A stretch of 64,000 nt of DNA from Tubulanus polymorphus (taxonomy: Eukaryota; Animalia; Nemertea). Position 1 is the stretch's first letter. Each line of letters begins with the position of its first letter. Below are positions 37,135 through 50,400 of the stretch, in pieces. Below the pieces are notes generated by a model, which worked only from the letters and a program-made list of their open reading frames with translations, ran no database searches and was not told the DNA's origin. Where the stretch lies: NCBI RefSeq assembly GCF_964204645.1, contig NC_134032.1, forward strand, positions 10,466,275 to 10,530,274, read 5' to 3'. Position numbers and translations under genes: made by a program.

Positions 37135-40100
37135 TCAATTTCCTCCCGTATTCGGCTTCAGACGGATCACTTTTCGGAAAATGATGCAGCCTATTCTATG
37201 AAACAATTCGGGGCAGCTTCGTGATAACAACTGAAAACAAGAAATGAACATGCACGTATAAAAAGGTCTGTCTTGGTAGTAGAGATCCGAACTTGATTGG
37301 CACTCTGTCATCACATCCGGTCAGTATAATAAACACGTGAGAGATATAACCAAGCAGGGGGCGCTGCAAATTTTTCAGCACAAAAAAAATGTGTTACCCT
37401 TTCAATTTCTCGTGGTTTCATCGCTCTGTCGGTAAAGAGCCGCCTGGGTATGCGCACGCGATCGAGGTCATGTGGATCGATATTGATGACGCCGACTAAG
37501 GTCATTTGAACTTCTTCCAAATCTGGAGAGCACAAGAAACATCAATCAATGATCTGGCCGATAAATCGAACCCTAAAGTTACGAATTTCGATATATATTC
37601 CCTTTCTCGGTTAAGGCTGTTTTTAAGTCTTACCAGTATTATCTGCAATCGTATTCATGCCAGTGACACAAGAAATAGTTGATATTGTGTCATTCTGGAA
37701 AATACATAAACGAAAAAGTTTATGAAATTTATAAAAATGAAGCCACAACGTCTCAGTTCTTGACTAAGAGTCATCGTATTTCATTTGCTGACACGGCCTA
37801 TTGAACCAGTCTATATTGAACCAAAAGTCTGTCATTTCATTTATTACCAAGTTAACTTTATTAATATTCAGCGCTTGATCTACTTCCTCGTAGAGTATAT
37901 CACCATAATCTAACAGAACGTTACTGGCTGTAGATGCCAGAACCACTGGACCAGGGGTTAGAACATCTTCTTCGTTGAACTGAGTAAAAGAATACAAAGA
38001 ATTGAAATAATATTGACTCTTACGTACAAAATTGCTCCAGAATTCCCTTTTGACATCAAATTGTCCCTTGGCATGTCTAAGAGATTGCTTTAATCAGCAC
38101 ATACCCATTCGACATGATCCGATAAGTCTATAAGGCCCTTCGATAAAAGATGGCTGCTTTTAGAAAACTTATGTCATCCAAGTTACTCCTATAGATCCTT
38201 CCAAGAAAATGGGCCGACTCCATAAATCCCCCTATGACATCATCGAATTACCCCTAGACTTACCCGGATGGTGTTGAAATGATGGCTGTTAATTGCCCGG
38301 AGGTTGGTGCCTAGCTTCCACACCTCGGTTGAACTGAATGGTCTTACAAATCTATGAACGAAAACCTGCAAAAATAACCATAAAATTGCGTCGGAAGCAA
38401 AATTAAGTCTTGACAATTACCGTGCGAGGTAATTTAGTCCTATTTTGTTATTTCAACATTCGAAAAAGTCAGATATTCCTCACCTTGCCAATGCGCTTTG
38501 CAATGTCTGGATTATGACTGTCGCGGACGGTTCTGTGTTTTGCTGACTTCACTATCAATTCACGCAGACATTTCACATGCTATAAAACAGTCAAACGCAA
38601 CTAAAAGACGGTGCAGGGATTGATCCCTTTCAAGACGGCTATTCATTTGCAAAATTAAATTAACGTAGGTCTTAGCAAGCACATCGAGTAAAACTCGCTG
38701 ATTTGTCTAAAACAATGAAGCGAAACCCCGCCAGGTGTATAGGATTAGAGCGTTGCAAAGCTTTCCAACTGGGGTATGACACACTGCTTAATTTATACCT
38801 GAAGTTTTCCTACAATCCCTTTGTCACCACCAGCCTCAAATAAGGGACAGTCTTTCTGTGCAAACGCTGTGCGTTTCTCCGCGCTGAATACAACATCTCC
38901 CGCTTGGTCTACAATCACGTGCTCAGTCGTGACCACCTTACGACCCTCGTCGGATACCGCAGACGATTTAGTGTCAGTCACCGCTGTAACGGCGCATCTT
39001 GCTTTCAGTGTGTCGCCGATGTAAACCGGCTTGTGTTGCGTAATATTGTAGAAACCTAAATGGTAACTTGCCATTTCGGAAAATCTGTAAGAAAAACAAA
39101 ATGAAGCTTGGCAAAAACGAACAAAGGAAATGCTCCTCATTCTAACTTCGGTATTTATGTATCGTTCTAATTCACCCGAATCATCTAGCCCCAACCCTCC
39201 GAGACACCAGCCGAGACACCACAATGTTCTTACCTAATAACCAAAAGACCAGCGCACAATCCAGCCAGATGATAAAAATTCGCCAGTCGCGATTTCAGAC
39301 CTAATTTCCGACTGAAAGCATCACTAGAATTCACTTTAAAACCATTGATAAACGACTCTTCCCAAGTTGACGCGCACGATGCGTCAAGTGTCACCTCAAA
39401 CGGAGAGTGCGTCACCTTGGTTAGTGCCCCAGCCATTCCCGGGAGAAATTCTGCCTGAACAAGTTCATCGCTGTCGTTTTCATCCTCGACTGTCGTAGTT
39501 CTTTGCTGCGCTGCCATATCAAGAAGGTTCTGAGCGTGCTTGACATGCGGTGGTCCAATACCCTGCGCGCTATCGTAGGCCGAGCGTTTGTAGATGTGCA
39601 TTCTACCATCATCGTTCGGGTTCCAACTTGTGATCGTTTGGGCTGATTTCAGATCGTGACCTTTGATCGTCAGTATATCGTTAGCCAGTATCGTCTGCGC
39701 CGGCGTTAAAGTACACCTCGTGTAGAACCCAAGTTCTTTGGCGCGTTTGGTCTGACGTATGAAATGCGAATGACTCTCCATGTTACAGTCGGCCCCGAAT
39801 ATCGGCGTTATGTTTGCTCGGCGACATGCTTTTACGATTTCTATCTGAGCTGCTTGGGCCACAAGCTCATCCACGGGAGCCATAGTTTCCGATGCATAGT
39901 CGTAACTACCGTGAAACAGAGACACTACTCGGTCCGAGCTGCGCACTATTTGCGCGCAGTTTTCCAAGCCTTCAATCGATTCGATTATCCCAACTATTTT
40001 CGTCTGACCAACTTCCATACCCATCTGCGATTCAATCCGGCCAATCAGGTTCGCGCATCTCCGAACCTCGTCGCCATTGGTCAATTTAGGAACTAAAAAA

Positions 40101-40456
40101 CCGCTCACGCGTGGATTGACGAGCTCGGTGACGTCATCGATCCACGTGGAATCGTCTGCTACCATTTCATTGATGCGGATGAATATCGGAACCGGACACA
40201 CGATACTGTTAACTAGTTCTTTGAAATTTCGCCTGGTCGTGCTCTTGTGGTCTGGGTGGACGCTGTCCTCCAAATCGAGAACGACACAATCCGCTTGCAG
40301 GAGCCGCAAGTTCTCGTCGGTTAAACATTCTTTTTTGACGAATTGAAATGTTCTCGGTAAATAACCGCCGAAGGCGTTGGTTGAGCGACACCTGGCGATG
40401 ACTGATGCAGTTGCCACGAATTTACTGTGGAAATTCGCTACACATCGAAGCAGCAT
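37135..40456 (-). CDS. CitE-family lyase / mesaconyl-CoA-hydratase-like fusion, copy 2 (8 coding exons, 706 aa)
   Basis: Exons 40456-39234, 39084-38799, 38579-38484, 38365-38264, 37979-37848, 37694-37634, 37522-37398, 37230-37135; exon lengths identical to copy 1. Confidence 0.85.
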
Positions 40457-41945
40457 CTGAAATTGGACAATTAACGAATCATCAAATGAAATACTCACGA
40501 GCACGTAGATTTGTTTGTAAAGTTATTTCAGTTATTTTTCGACAACCAGTTTAGCCCCATTATATTGTTGACGTATATCGCTTGCGAGGGGTATTGCTCA
40601 CCGAACCCAGCTCTCGCCAGCCTTCTGAACTTATTCTTAAAGGCTGGCTTATGTCGACAAGCAACGCGACGCCTACCGAAGCAACTGAGTTTATCGCCGG
40701 TTAGCGGCAATAGCGGCCTACGAGAGGCCGCAAGATGCTGCTCTATCGGTTCGACCTAAATCAAACACTCTGGTAGTAGAAATGTATCTCTTGAATATCA
40801 TCTAGGATGATATGCAAGCGATACAGATACCTTATTATCTGGACCTTATTATTAAAGGCTGGCTTATGTCGACAAGCAACGCGACGCCTACCGAAGCTAC
40901 TGGGTTTATCGCCGATTTAGGGGCAATACCTCTTGCATATCATCTAGGGATGATATGCAAGCGATACAGATACAGAAATATACAGAAATTACAATATTCA
41001 TCACGCGCATATGTATTTTCTTGAAGTTATTGATCTACACAAGAGATTTTTATAGACAATTATTTTGGCAAATTGTTCCAGACAACAGGTGAAGCAATAA
41101 CACAACAGAAAATTTGTTTCGGTGGTCATAAATCTACCAATGCGCAAAGAATTCCAGTATCTACGTAGTTGCAAGCGAGTGTCCATACTTCATACACTCT
41201 GTTACGGTATAAATGACGACATTTCATTCACGTGATCTTACTGCGATGATTCAGTGCAATTTGCATAGTTGCGAATGATGACATTCTCTTCCTTAATACA
41301 TAGCCTTCTCATTCTCAAAGCATACAATTCAGTAAGCGTGAACTCGAGTGTTACCTTCTGATGATTAATCTTGGTGATCAGCTAGCTGAAATTCAAGTTA
41401 CCGTTCTAGTTATGCCCTTCTAGTTCCGCATACCGATAAAGTAACGATGTATGGTTTTCTCGCCTATTCATTTCGCGCAAACAAATGTTGCAGACAGTCA
41501 TCGCACACCTGTCACACGGTGCGCGGGATTCCACTACGGACAAGTAAATCGGCTAAGGTTTATTCAATCTAGGGCATATATGGAGGGGTAGCACCTGCTG
41601 ATGAAAAAAGCACTGCAAAGGAGTCACAACCAAAAAGGAAACCAGAACACATAGGCCTATTTCCTCTATGTTAAACCTGTATATATTTCTACTTTATATT
41701 GCTCTATTTTATCCAATTCTTTGAAAAAAAATAATCAGATTTGTGCTGTCCTATAATTTATTACTGTTATACCGAGGATATGCTTCGTATTCTATAATAA
41801 GGTGTAATAAAGTTATTTTGAATTGGATTGGACTCCTGGCAAGCGGGGGTGACTTCGGTTATAAAAATACATATTTCTCAAGGACGTAGACTATGCCGTA
41901 AACAAACTGAACGAAACTCAAACTTAAATAGTCTAGTACCTATCC

Positions 41946-42062
41946 TAGTCTGAATACCAGTCGTTGTTACGGTTCCGTAAAACGGTTTCAGGAACAACGA
42001 CTATTTAGTACCCGTCGTTCTACAAACAAGGGAACCGGTAACAACGACTGGTATTCAGACTA
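41946..42062. mobile_element. Small MITE/hairpin directly upstream of VCPKMT
   Basis: 25-bp perfect TIR TAGTCTGAATACCAGTCGTTGTTAC. Confidence 0.75.
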
Positions 42063-42110
42063 CACAAATAATTTTAGTAAAATCTGACCACTTTGCATGA
42101 AGAATATTGA

Positions 42111-43272
42111 ATGATCGATCAGTTCACCGAGATGGACCCGAAACATATTTTCGTGCGTGAATTCGAGAAAGACGACGGCTCTATTTTAAAAATCAACCAG
42201 TACGAAATAGGCGATGTAGGCTGCGTCGTGTGGGACGCGGCTTTAGTTCTCAGTTCGTTCTTAGAAACCGGTAATCTACGTAAATACTACGCCGATAAAC
42301 CGCTATCCACGTGCACGGTCATCGAGCTCGGTGCTGGAACTGGAATTGTCGGATTAGAATTAGCTTCGCTCGGGTAATTATCGTTTAATCGATCATTATA
42401 GATAGATCATTAACCCCCAATGACATCATCATCACCAGCCTCAACACCATTCAGATTCCTGGAAGTATGCATCAGCATGGTCTATGGGGCACTTCGGTGA
42501 TGTCATAGGAAGACGCTAATAGGTGATGTCATAGGGTGATTTATGGAGGCAGCTATCTTCACAATGCTCTTTTAAGTCACCTCCATCCCTACTGTCAGGT
42601 TATTTCCATTTTAGAGCGAACGTCATTGTAACGGATTTAGAGGAATTTGTGCCTTTGCTGAAAATGAACGTCGACGCAAATGAAAACTTGCTCGCTGCGG
42701 GTAGCGCTGCAGTGCGAACACTAAAATGGGGCCAAGACTTGAGTCCGGAATTCGAGAGACCCGATTTAATTTTCATGGCCGACTGTATCTACTATGAAGA
42801 GGTCAGAAAAACATTACTTTTTCAATTAAAAATATTTTCTGAAAAGATTGCGCGGATTTTGAGGTTTAAAATTTCAGATACTTGTAACCATTCTTTATTT
42901 TCAGTCGCTTGAGCCCCTCGTGAAAACCATCAAAGATCTTTGTCGCGCTGACACTTGCGTTTTCTGCTGCTTCGAGCAACGAACTACCGGAAATAAACCC
43001 GAGTTGGAACGCAGGTTTTTAGAGGTAAGTTTTACCAGCAGGTTTTCACAATGTACATCTCAATACAAACACCCCCGATACGCCGCCATACTATCTATAC
43101 CGCTAAAATCGTTCTGCACCGATGTGGGCGGTATATCGGGGGTTGACTGTAGTTTTAATTTTTTTTTCAGCTTATTGGAGAGAATTTTACGATAGACACG
43201 ATTCCGCATCGCGATCATCATGTCAATTTTACCAGTTCTGATATTCAAATATTGAAATTCTCACCGACTTGA
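42111..43272 (+). CDS. VCPKMT: Protein-lysine methyltransferase METTL21D/VCP-KMT (4 exons: 42111-42373, 42615-42801, 42905-43024, 43171-43272)
   Basis: GDVGCVVWDAALVL, ELGAGTG, VTDL, LKWG, ADCIYYEE and EQRTTGNKPELE motifs; in-frame splicing; start could instead be the ATG at 42132. Confidence 0.9.
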
Positions 43273-44983
43273 CATGAATTTCAATAATTAATCCTAGATT
43301 TCACAAATGGGATTAAAACCAAGATACGAGTCTTCGATGGTATATATCAGCCCGTGTATATATACGATGCCACTCAGCTGAAAGTTTCCATTCCTTGTCA
43401 CTGAAAAGCCTAACACGTCTCAAACTTTCCAAGACAAATAAATGATTATCTAATTATAGCATTAAATTTTTGTTTTTCATTTGATAATTTTGGATTATTC
43501 TATAAACACAGATAGTCCAACGAACTACCCCCAAGTCTGTGGTTGGTGGGCTATCAACGCTTGTAGTGAACTGATCTAAATCTCAGCATAGTTAACGAAT
43601 TAAAACCCACAGTAGATTTGAAGAAACAGTTTTACTCTATTTCCTTAAAATTCCTTATTTCCTTAAAATATTTTTTGTTCCTCTGAAGAAATTACATGTA
43701 ACTGTTTCTACAAATCTACTCTAGGTTTTATTCGCTATCAACAATGTGGCTTTATGGCCTACATATGTGACCCAAATATGCAGATTACACAAAAAGTGTG
43801 GGTTTATTGAATGACCTGATGAATCGGGTAAAAATGTTTTTTTTTTAAGGATAATCAGCAGATCTCATAATTTTAAGCAGTGGTACATAAGGGGCGAAAA
43901 TAAAGATTTTTCATTTTCCACGGAAAAATTTGTAATGAAAAAACAAGAACTGTTTGAATGGCGAAAGAGTAAAACGCTTGCAACGCCAAAAATGTTCAAC
44001 TGCCAAAACACGATTCAAATAAGAAATTGATTTTTTTCCATATCATTGCTTTTATTATATTAATATCAATATTATTATCAATATTATCGTTACTATTAGA
44101 TTTAAAGCATAAAAACGAGAGAAAAAAAACACATTTACAATGCATTAAACGGTAAAGTAGTAAATTCATACCGGGTACATGTATTTACAACTGAGTTAGA
44201 GTGAAGAAAACACCGGTGCCACTTTCAGCCCTAACTTAACTAGTTCTTTAACAGGTTCCAGCTAAAGCCTGCCCCCTCCCCGCCCCTGCAAGAGATCGCC
44301 TCCGTATGATCTTGCAGGGTGGCATATTGTGGTAATTGTATCAGAAACTAATCACTATCATTTTACATTTTGAAAATGCCACAGGAGAATTTGCACAAGC
44401 AACCATATCTAACCAGAAATTCCTGACAGTAATTTATTGATGTCATAGGGGGATTTACGAAGGTGGCGGCCATCTTTAATGTGGAGCTCAATATCAACTA
44501 TCGGTGTAGTGCAACAAACAATCCTGTTGAGTAATTAAAGAAAAAACATTCGGAAAATTAGAGAAAAAAATGTGTTTCACGAGAAAAATCACTAACTCAT
44601 CGCAATACAGAGACTAAACTAGGTCTTACTTCGAGTCTAGACTGTGAAATTGGGCACGGATTTACACATAGTTCAAGAATGGATGATTCAATCGAAAGAA
44701 CGAAAGCATAATAGCTTAAGAAAAGAGATAGCATTCACGTTAAAAAACAATGCTCGTTTTGATATGTACTACTTACAATAGAACTGGAGGGAGCAAGCAC
44801 TTATTTCAGAAATGACCGGTCAGCCCAATTCCACAGTCAAAACTTAGCTAAGCTAAGTCCACTATGCTGTGACCGGAGTGGACTCCGCGTGGCGAGACAG
44901 GCAAATTCCGGGGCAATCAGAGCCAGATCCGAGTTGGAAAATCAGCTCTGCGGCAAACGACTGAATAACCAATCTACCTACTA

Positions 44984-45202
44984 CAGTGGAACCTCGTTAT
45001 AGCAAACTTCACGGGACCAGAAAATATGTCCGTCATAACCGATAGTACGCAAAATCGGCCATTTTTTCATATACATTAAGCATTACAGTACGCAATTGCA
45101 CTGACCCCTCCCCCCTCCCCTAATGCGTACGTAATAAATGAATGATCCCTATTATATCCGTTGAATGGTTGTATCAGAGTTCGTTATAACGAGGTTCCGC
45201 TG
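44984..45202. mobile_element. Tc1/mariner (pogo/Tigger-like) MITE
   Basis: TA|CAGTGGAACCTCGTTATA ... TATAACGAGGTTCCGCTG|TA. Confidence 0.8.
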
Positions 45203-45454
45203 TAGTTAATATCAGTTTTAAGATGAAGACTCCAACTCTTTGACCTCGATATCAACCGTGGGACCCCGGTTTAGAGAATTTTTCATGGCCTCTTCGAGGT
45301 TAAAGATAAGATACACCGTGGGAAAACCCTACATTCGACGATGGCAGGGTTCATAGCGTCCATGACCGATCTCATTTAATTACTTTCAAGGACATTTTTG
45401 ACTCCGATTCCAGGACTTGCATATAATAGTTATATTTGTATTGTCCAGAATCGG

Positions 45455-45582
45455 GGGCCAGTTGCATAATCGTGACTTAAGTTCAAAAGTGGTCTTAAAT
45501 CTTAAGACTGGTTAGATTAGCTATAGAACTAAGTTGGTCTTAGACTGGTCTTAAGTCTAAGCCATGACTATGCAACTGGCCC
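45455..45582. mobile_element. Harbinger-like palindromic MITE family 1
   Basis: GGGCCAGTTGCA...TGCAACTGGCCC; other copies at 47945-48082 (CTG TSD) and, degraded, at ~35801-35912 and ~34470-34630. Confidence 0.8.
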
Positions 45583-46769
45583 CAGGAGTCGCAGGGAGTT
45601 GAGATAAATAATCTAGACTAGTAGTAATAGACCTAACAATACCATGATCTAATAAACTGTACATCACGATGATAGGTGACCAGAATCTTCAAATTGTAAT
45701 CGCTAATTGTCAAGGACCATGACAATGATTTAAGCATTTAGACCCCATTCCATGATACTCGAGGCCTTGAATTGACCCATACCCATTTCAAAACTTTCAA
45801 GGCGCGCTATGAACCCTGCGATGGTCTGCACAGCAAAATATATCTACAAAAACCACTTCTAGTGTTTTTCCACTAGAATAGCTGTTTAAATGAAAAAAAA
45901 AACATACACTGATCATATCTAAAAAATACAACACAAGACTAAACAAAATCTCAATATTCAACATCGGCAACAAACTGGGTTTGTTTCTTCTTTCTTTTTT
46001 TTTAAAGATAGGGATCGGAAGGAAAAGGGTTAATTTATAATCTATCACCGCAAATCGATAAATTTTTCGGCGCTCCGCCGGAACGTTCTACAAAACATCC
46101 GAGCCAAACGGCCGAAAACACCATGCTTCTTTTCAAGGAATAAATAGAATTTAAACTATCTTACATAAATTTGGCAACAACGCTGAGAAAAATGAGCTTT
46201 CATCACACGAGGGGTTTACACGAATGAAACACTTATTCATACTTTCGACAATATCATTTCGTCATTTCTTCTGATTTTCGACCACGAGAAACAGAAAGAA
46301 ATCAAATAACTCGCTAAACTTTTAATGAGATATATATATATATATATAATATCAATTGAAGCGTTCGTATTATTTCGTTTTTTTTTTCAAACTTTTTTCT
46401 TCATAAAAATATTTGAATTTCTAGAATGTATCTAACAACACGACCCAAAGTCTATCGACCATCGTCAGACGCTGTCACGCGAAGCTCGCCACGTGAAGGC
46501 AACGAGACTCGTGAGCGAGGATGAATCCATGTATGCCCGCATCCGTATACAATACTATGACCATAATTAACCTAACCCGGATTACCTTAGCTCAGGATCT
46601 AGTTCCTCCGGATGTTGGGTATAAGTATTGCCCGGTCTATGAACCCAAAGGCTGGCGGTTGTACATAGGCCTAATGCAACCGAGACAATAAAACTGGGCC
46701 CCAAGGATTTCAGTGAAATTCACTCTATAAAACCTGGGTTTAAGCTGAAGTCCATAAAACTAATTTCTG

Positions 46770-46892
46770 GGCTCAGTTTCACAAAAAACACAAATTTTTG
46801 GTGTAATTGCCATTGGTTACTTCATGTTTTCAATGAGGACAACAATTCAAACTTAACCGTTTTAGGCTTTAACTCTTTCGTGAAACTGGGCC
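46770..46892. mobile_element. Harbinger-like MITE family 2
   Basis: GGCTCAGTTTCAC...GTGAAACTGGGCC; near-identical copy at 50662-50790 with CAG TSD. Confidence 0.8.
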
Positions 46893-47446
46893 CAGTTGTA
46901 TAAGTCGTAGTTATTAGTTTAAGCCTACCGGTTGTCTAAAACCATCTTAGTTGTATTACCAACCTATAACCATTCTTAAGTTTGGGCCCAAAGTCGCAAC
47001 TGCGCACTGGCGTTAAAGTATAAATCAGGCCTAGGGTAAAATGAAAACCCTATCTACGAAAGCTTACAAAGTGCCGCTCAACAACTGGATCCAGTGGTGA
47101 AACTAACACCCAGTCTATAAATCCCGGCCTAACAAGGGTTAAAAATACCTATCACCAAAATCTATGAAATCAGGTTAAGTATAACGCGACGACCAGGGAC
47201 CACGGGTTCGCGAGGGTGTTCCCATCGATTAAACCTATAAAGCTGGGTCCCCGAGGAATCGCACCCCTCCCCGGGGACATCGGATAATTTTGATTTTCTA
47301 ACGGGAGCCCGTCGATTGAGCAGGTATCATCTATCTCTATTTCGATTCGTTTTGTAAACAAGGTCACTTTTCTAAAATCATCTTTTCATCGTTATTTTCG
47401 TTTTCGGTGAATAACGCCTTTTGATCTTTTTCACGACGACAAATTT

Positions 47447-50400
47447 CTACGTCAATTTTTCTTTCGCGCCGTCGGTGTCACTTGATGGCGCCGCTGAAGT
47501 TTGATTGTCCGATGATGATGTTGTCGACGTGGCGGCGGGTTTTAGGTCGCCGTTATTTTTTTTCTGCGTTTTCCCCGAATGCGGCACCGGCGCGACCAGA
47601 ATCAGCAGGACTGATATATGCATGAACCAATAAAATGAACTGCGGAAGAAGAAATTTAACGGTGAAATAAAATTAGCAATTTTCATTCAGTTTTCCAAAT
47701 TTTCGCACGAGTTCCGAAATTAATCGTATTTTAAAAATTTGTCATATAAGTTTTCGTTTATATGCACATATGCAGGGTGGCTACTTTCCCCTTTTACAAA
47801 TCCCCTGAGTTTTCCCTGATTATTCCATGTTATAACAGTAAATCCAAGGAATTTCATCGTTTGAAATGTTAAATCTATTAATTTTTTTATGAATTACATA
47901 TTGATAAAGAAACACGTGGTCAATAGCATTTTCCGAATTCCCTGGGGCCGGTTGCATAGTCATGGCTTAGACTTAAGACCAGCCTAAGACCAACTTAGTT
48001 CTATAGCCAATCTAACAACGTAAGACCATTCTTAAGATTTAAGACCACTTTTGGACTTAAGTCACGACTGTGCAACTGGCCCCTGGGCTTTCCAGGTTTT
48101 TTTGCAAAATTTGTCATCCCTGAGTGTGAGCTGACTTTCCCCTTGAGTTTTACAGATTTTCTCATGTCAATGGCCTTTTGCTCTCGTTACTAGCATTTGC
48201 CGGTTTTTGTAAATACTTACTTGAAATACTGTACACACCAAACAAATTCTAACAGTGAAAACGGTACAACTAAATGCCCGAGGGTGAGCTGACAAAAAAA
48301 CCAAGTGATCACGTCGTAGATCGACTTCAAAGTCGGCGACGCTAGGAAATATGGACGTATATGACGACGGACCTGAAAAATAAACGAAAAATACCAAACA
48401 TTTTAACAGCACACTTTTCAAAAAGTGATCAACGACACTTCGCATAATAATGAATGTCGGAAAAGAGGTGGTATCGGGCTGCATGTTGTCTGATAGGGTG
48501 GTACCAGGCTGCATGTTGTCTGAGGGGGTGGTACCAGGCTGCATGTTGTCTGATAGGGTGGTACCGGGGTTTAGATTGTTTGTTTCAGGGAGTGGTACCA
48601 GGCTGTAGATTGTTTCAGGGGGTGGTACCACGCTGTAGATTGTCTTGAGGGGTGGTACCAGGCTGTAGATTGTTTCAGGGGGGTGGTACCACACTGTAGA
48701 TTGTCTTGAGGGGTGGTACCACAGGGTAGATTATCTGAAGGGGTGGTACCAGGCTGAAGATTGTTTCAGGGGGTGGTATCACGGTGTAGATTGTCTTGAG
48801 GGGTGGTACCAGGATGTAGATTGTTTCAGGGGGGTGGTACCACGCTGTAGATTGTCTTGAGGGGTGGTACCAGGATGTAGATTGTTTGAGGGGGTGGTAC
48901 CGTACCACGCTGTAGATTGTCTTGAGGGGTGGTACCAGGATGTAGATTGTTTCAGGGGGGTGGTACCACGCTGTAGATTGTCTTGAGGGGTGGTACCACA
49001 GGGTAGATTATCTGAAGGGGTGGTACCAGGCTGTAGATTGTCTTTAGGGGTGGTACCAGGCTGCAGATTGTCTGATAGGGTGGTACCAGGCTGTAGATTA
49101 TCTGAAGGGGTGGTACCAGGCTGTAGATTGTTTGAGGGGGTGGTACCGTACCACGCTGTAGATTGTCTTGAGGGGGGGTACCAGGCTGTAGATTATCTGA
49201 AGGGGAGCGGTACTAGACGGTAGATCGAAACGTTTCCGAACGAAACTCACCTTACGAGAGGCAGCCAAGAAGAAAGAACCACTAATGAATGTGAAGTAAT
49301 ATCCCGGGTAGAACCCGTGCCAGATGGCGCTCAAACCGAACGTCAGAACGGTTTTCTGAGCCGGCGCCCGATCGTAGCAAACGTAACGCAGCCATTTCGA
49401 AGTCATTATATTCCAGCTGTCGAACACGAGTTTAACGCTGGTCGCCATCTACAAACAAAATATCAGCGAAACGTAACGATATGTAGACAACAGTGAAAAA
49501 ACAGCCTGGAAAAGAACTTCAAATTTTGCAATTTACCGGTAATCAATTTTCGGTAATGCAAATGTCACCAGTAAGTAATGCAAAAGTATCCACCCGGATT
49601 CGACCGAACTTACTTCGAGATTTCGAATTTTTACGTTATTAACGAGGTCCCACCGCGCGTTTCCCGATTCGTCGAATCCGTCGAAACCTAAACCGGCCGC
49701 ATTGTTGGCTGCCTCGGCTGAAAAAAATTATTCAAACGATTTTCTAATCGCAATTTGATAACCGAGTCTCAATCATTTCACGACGGACACTGGCCCTTGT
49801 TTTGAACCTAAAAACAGGACTTAAGACACGTGAATTAGCTATAAGAGGGAATTGCCCGTTGACAATTTTTTCTCAGATATTCATAATTTCAGGGACCACA
49901 GAGCAGGGGGTTTCCAGGCCTCCTTCCCCAACATTGAGCTTCATCAAAAATGTATTGAATTCAGTAGTTTTTATTTAACACACTGTATACCGGTATGGAT
50001 TTCTTAGTAAAATTGTCCTTTGTTGTCTATGTTGATGGTTCTTTATTGAAAAATGGGGGGCAATTGACCTAGAATCCTAAAACATTCCTACAACCTTCCT
50101 ACAAACTACAAGGATTAGCTAAGAATCATCCATGAGATACAATTTCCAAAAATTGAACTTACAAAGTTTCCAGGCGAAATAGTATTTGGCCCTCGCCAAC
50201 GCGACGACGAGAATCGAGTAGAGCACTCGATAGAAGAACCCGCTCACCGCTATAAACTTTGGATCTGAAAAAACGAGCGAAAAAAAAAAAAATTGCACGG
50301 AAACTCACGGAGAAATGATCGAGTATCAAGCGGCGAGATCTTTACTTACCCATTATCGACGGCTCCGGATATCGTACGGCTAAACCGAACACAATAACTA

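Noticed and set aside
48167-49223. Pro-rich repetitive ORFs or a CRISPR-like array
   Set aside because: Plain tandem minisatellite inside an MBOAT intron; no unique spacers, frequent frame breaks, no cas genes
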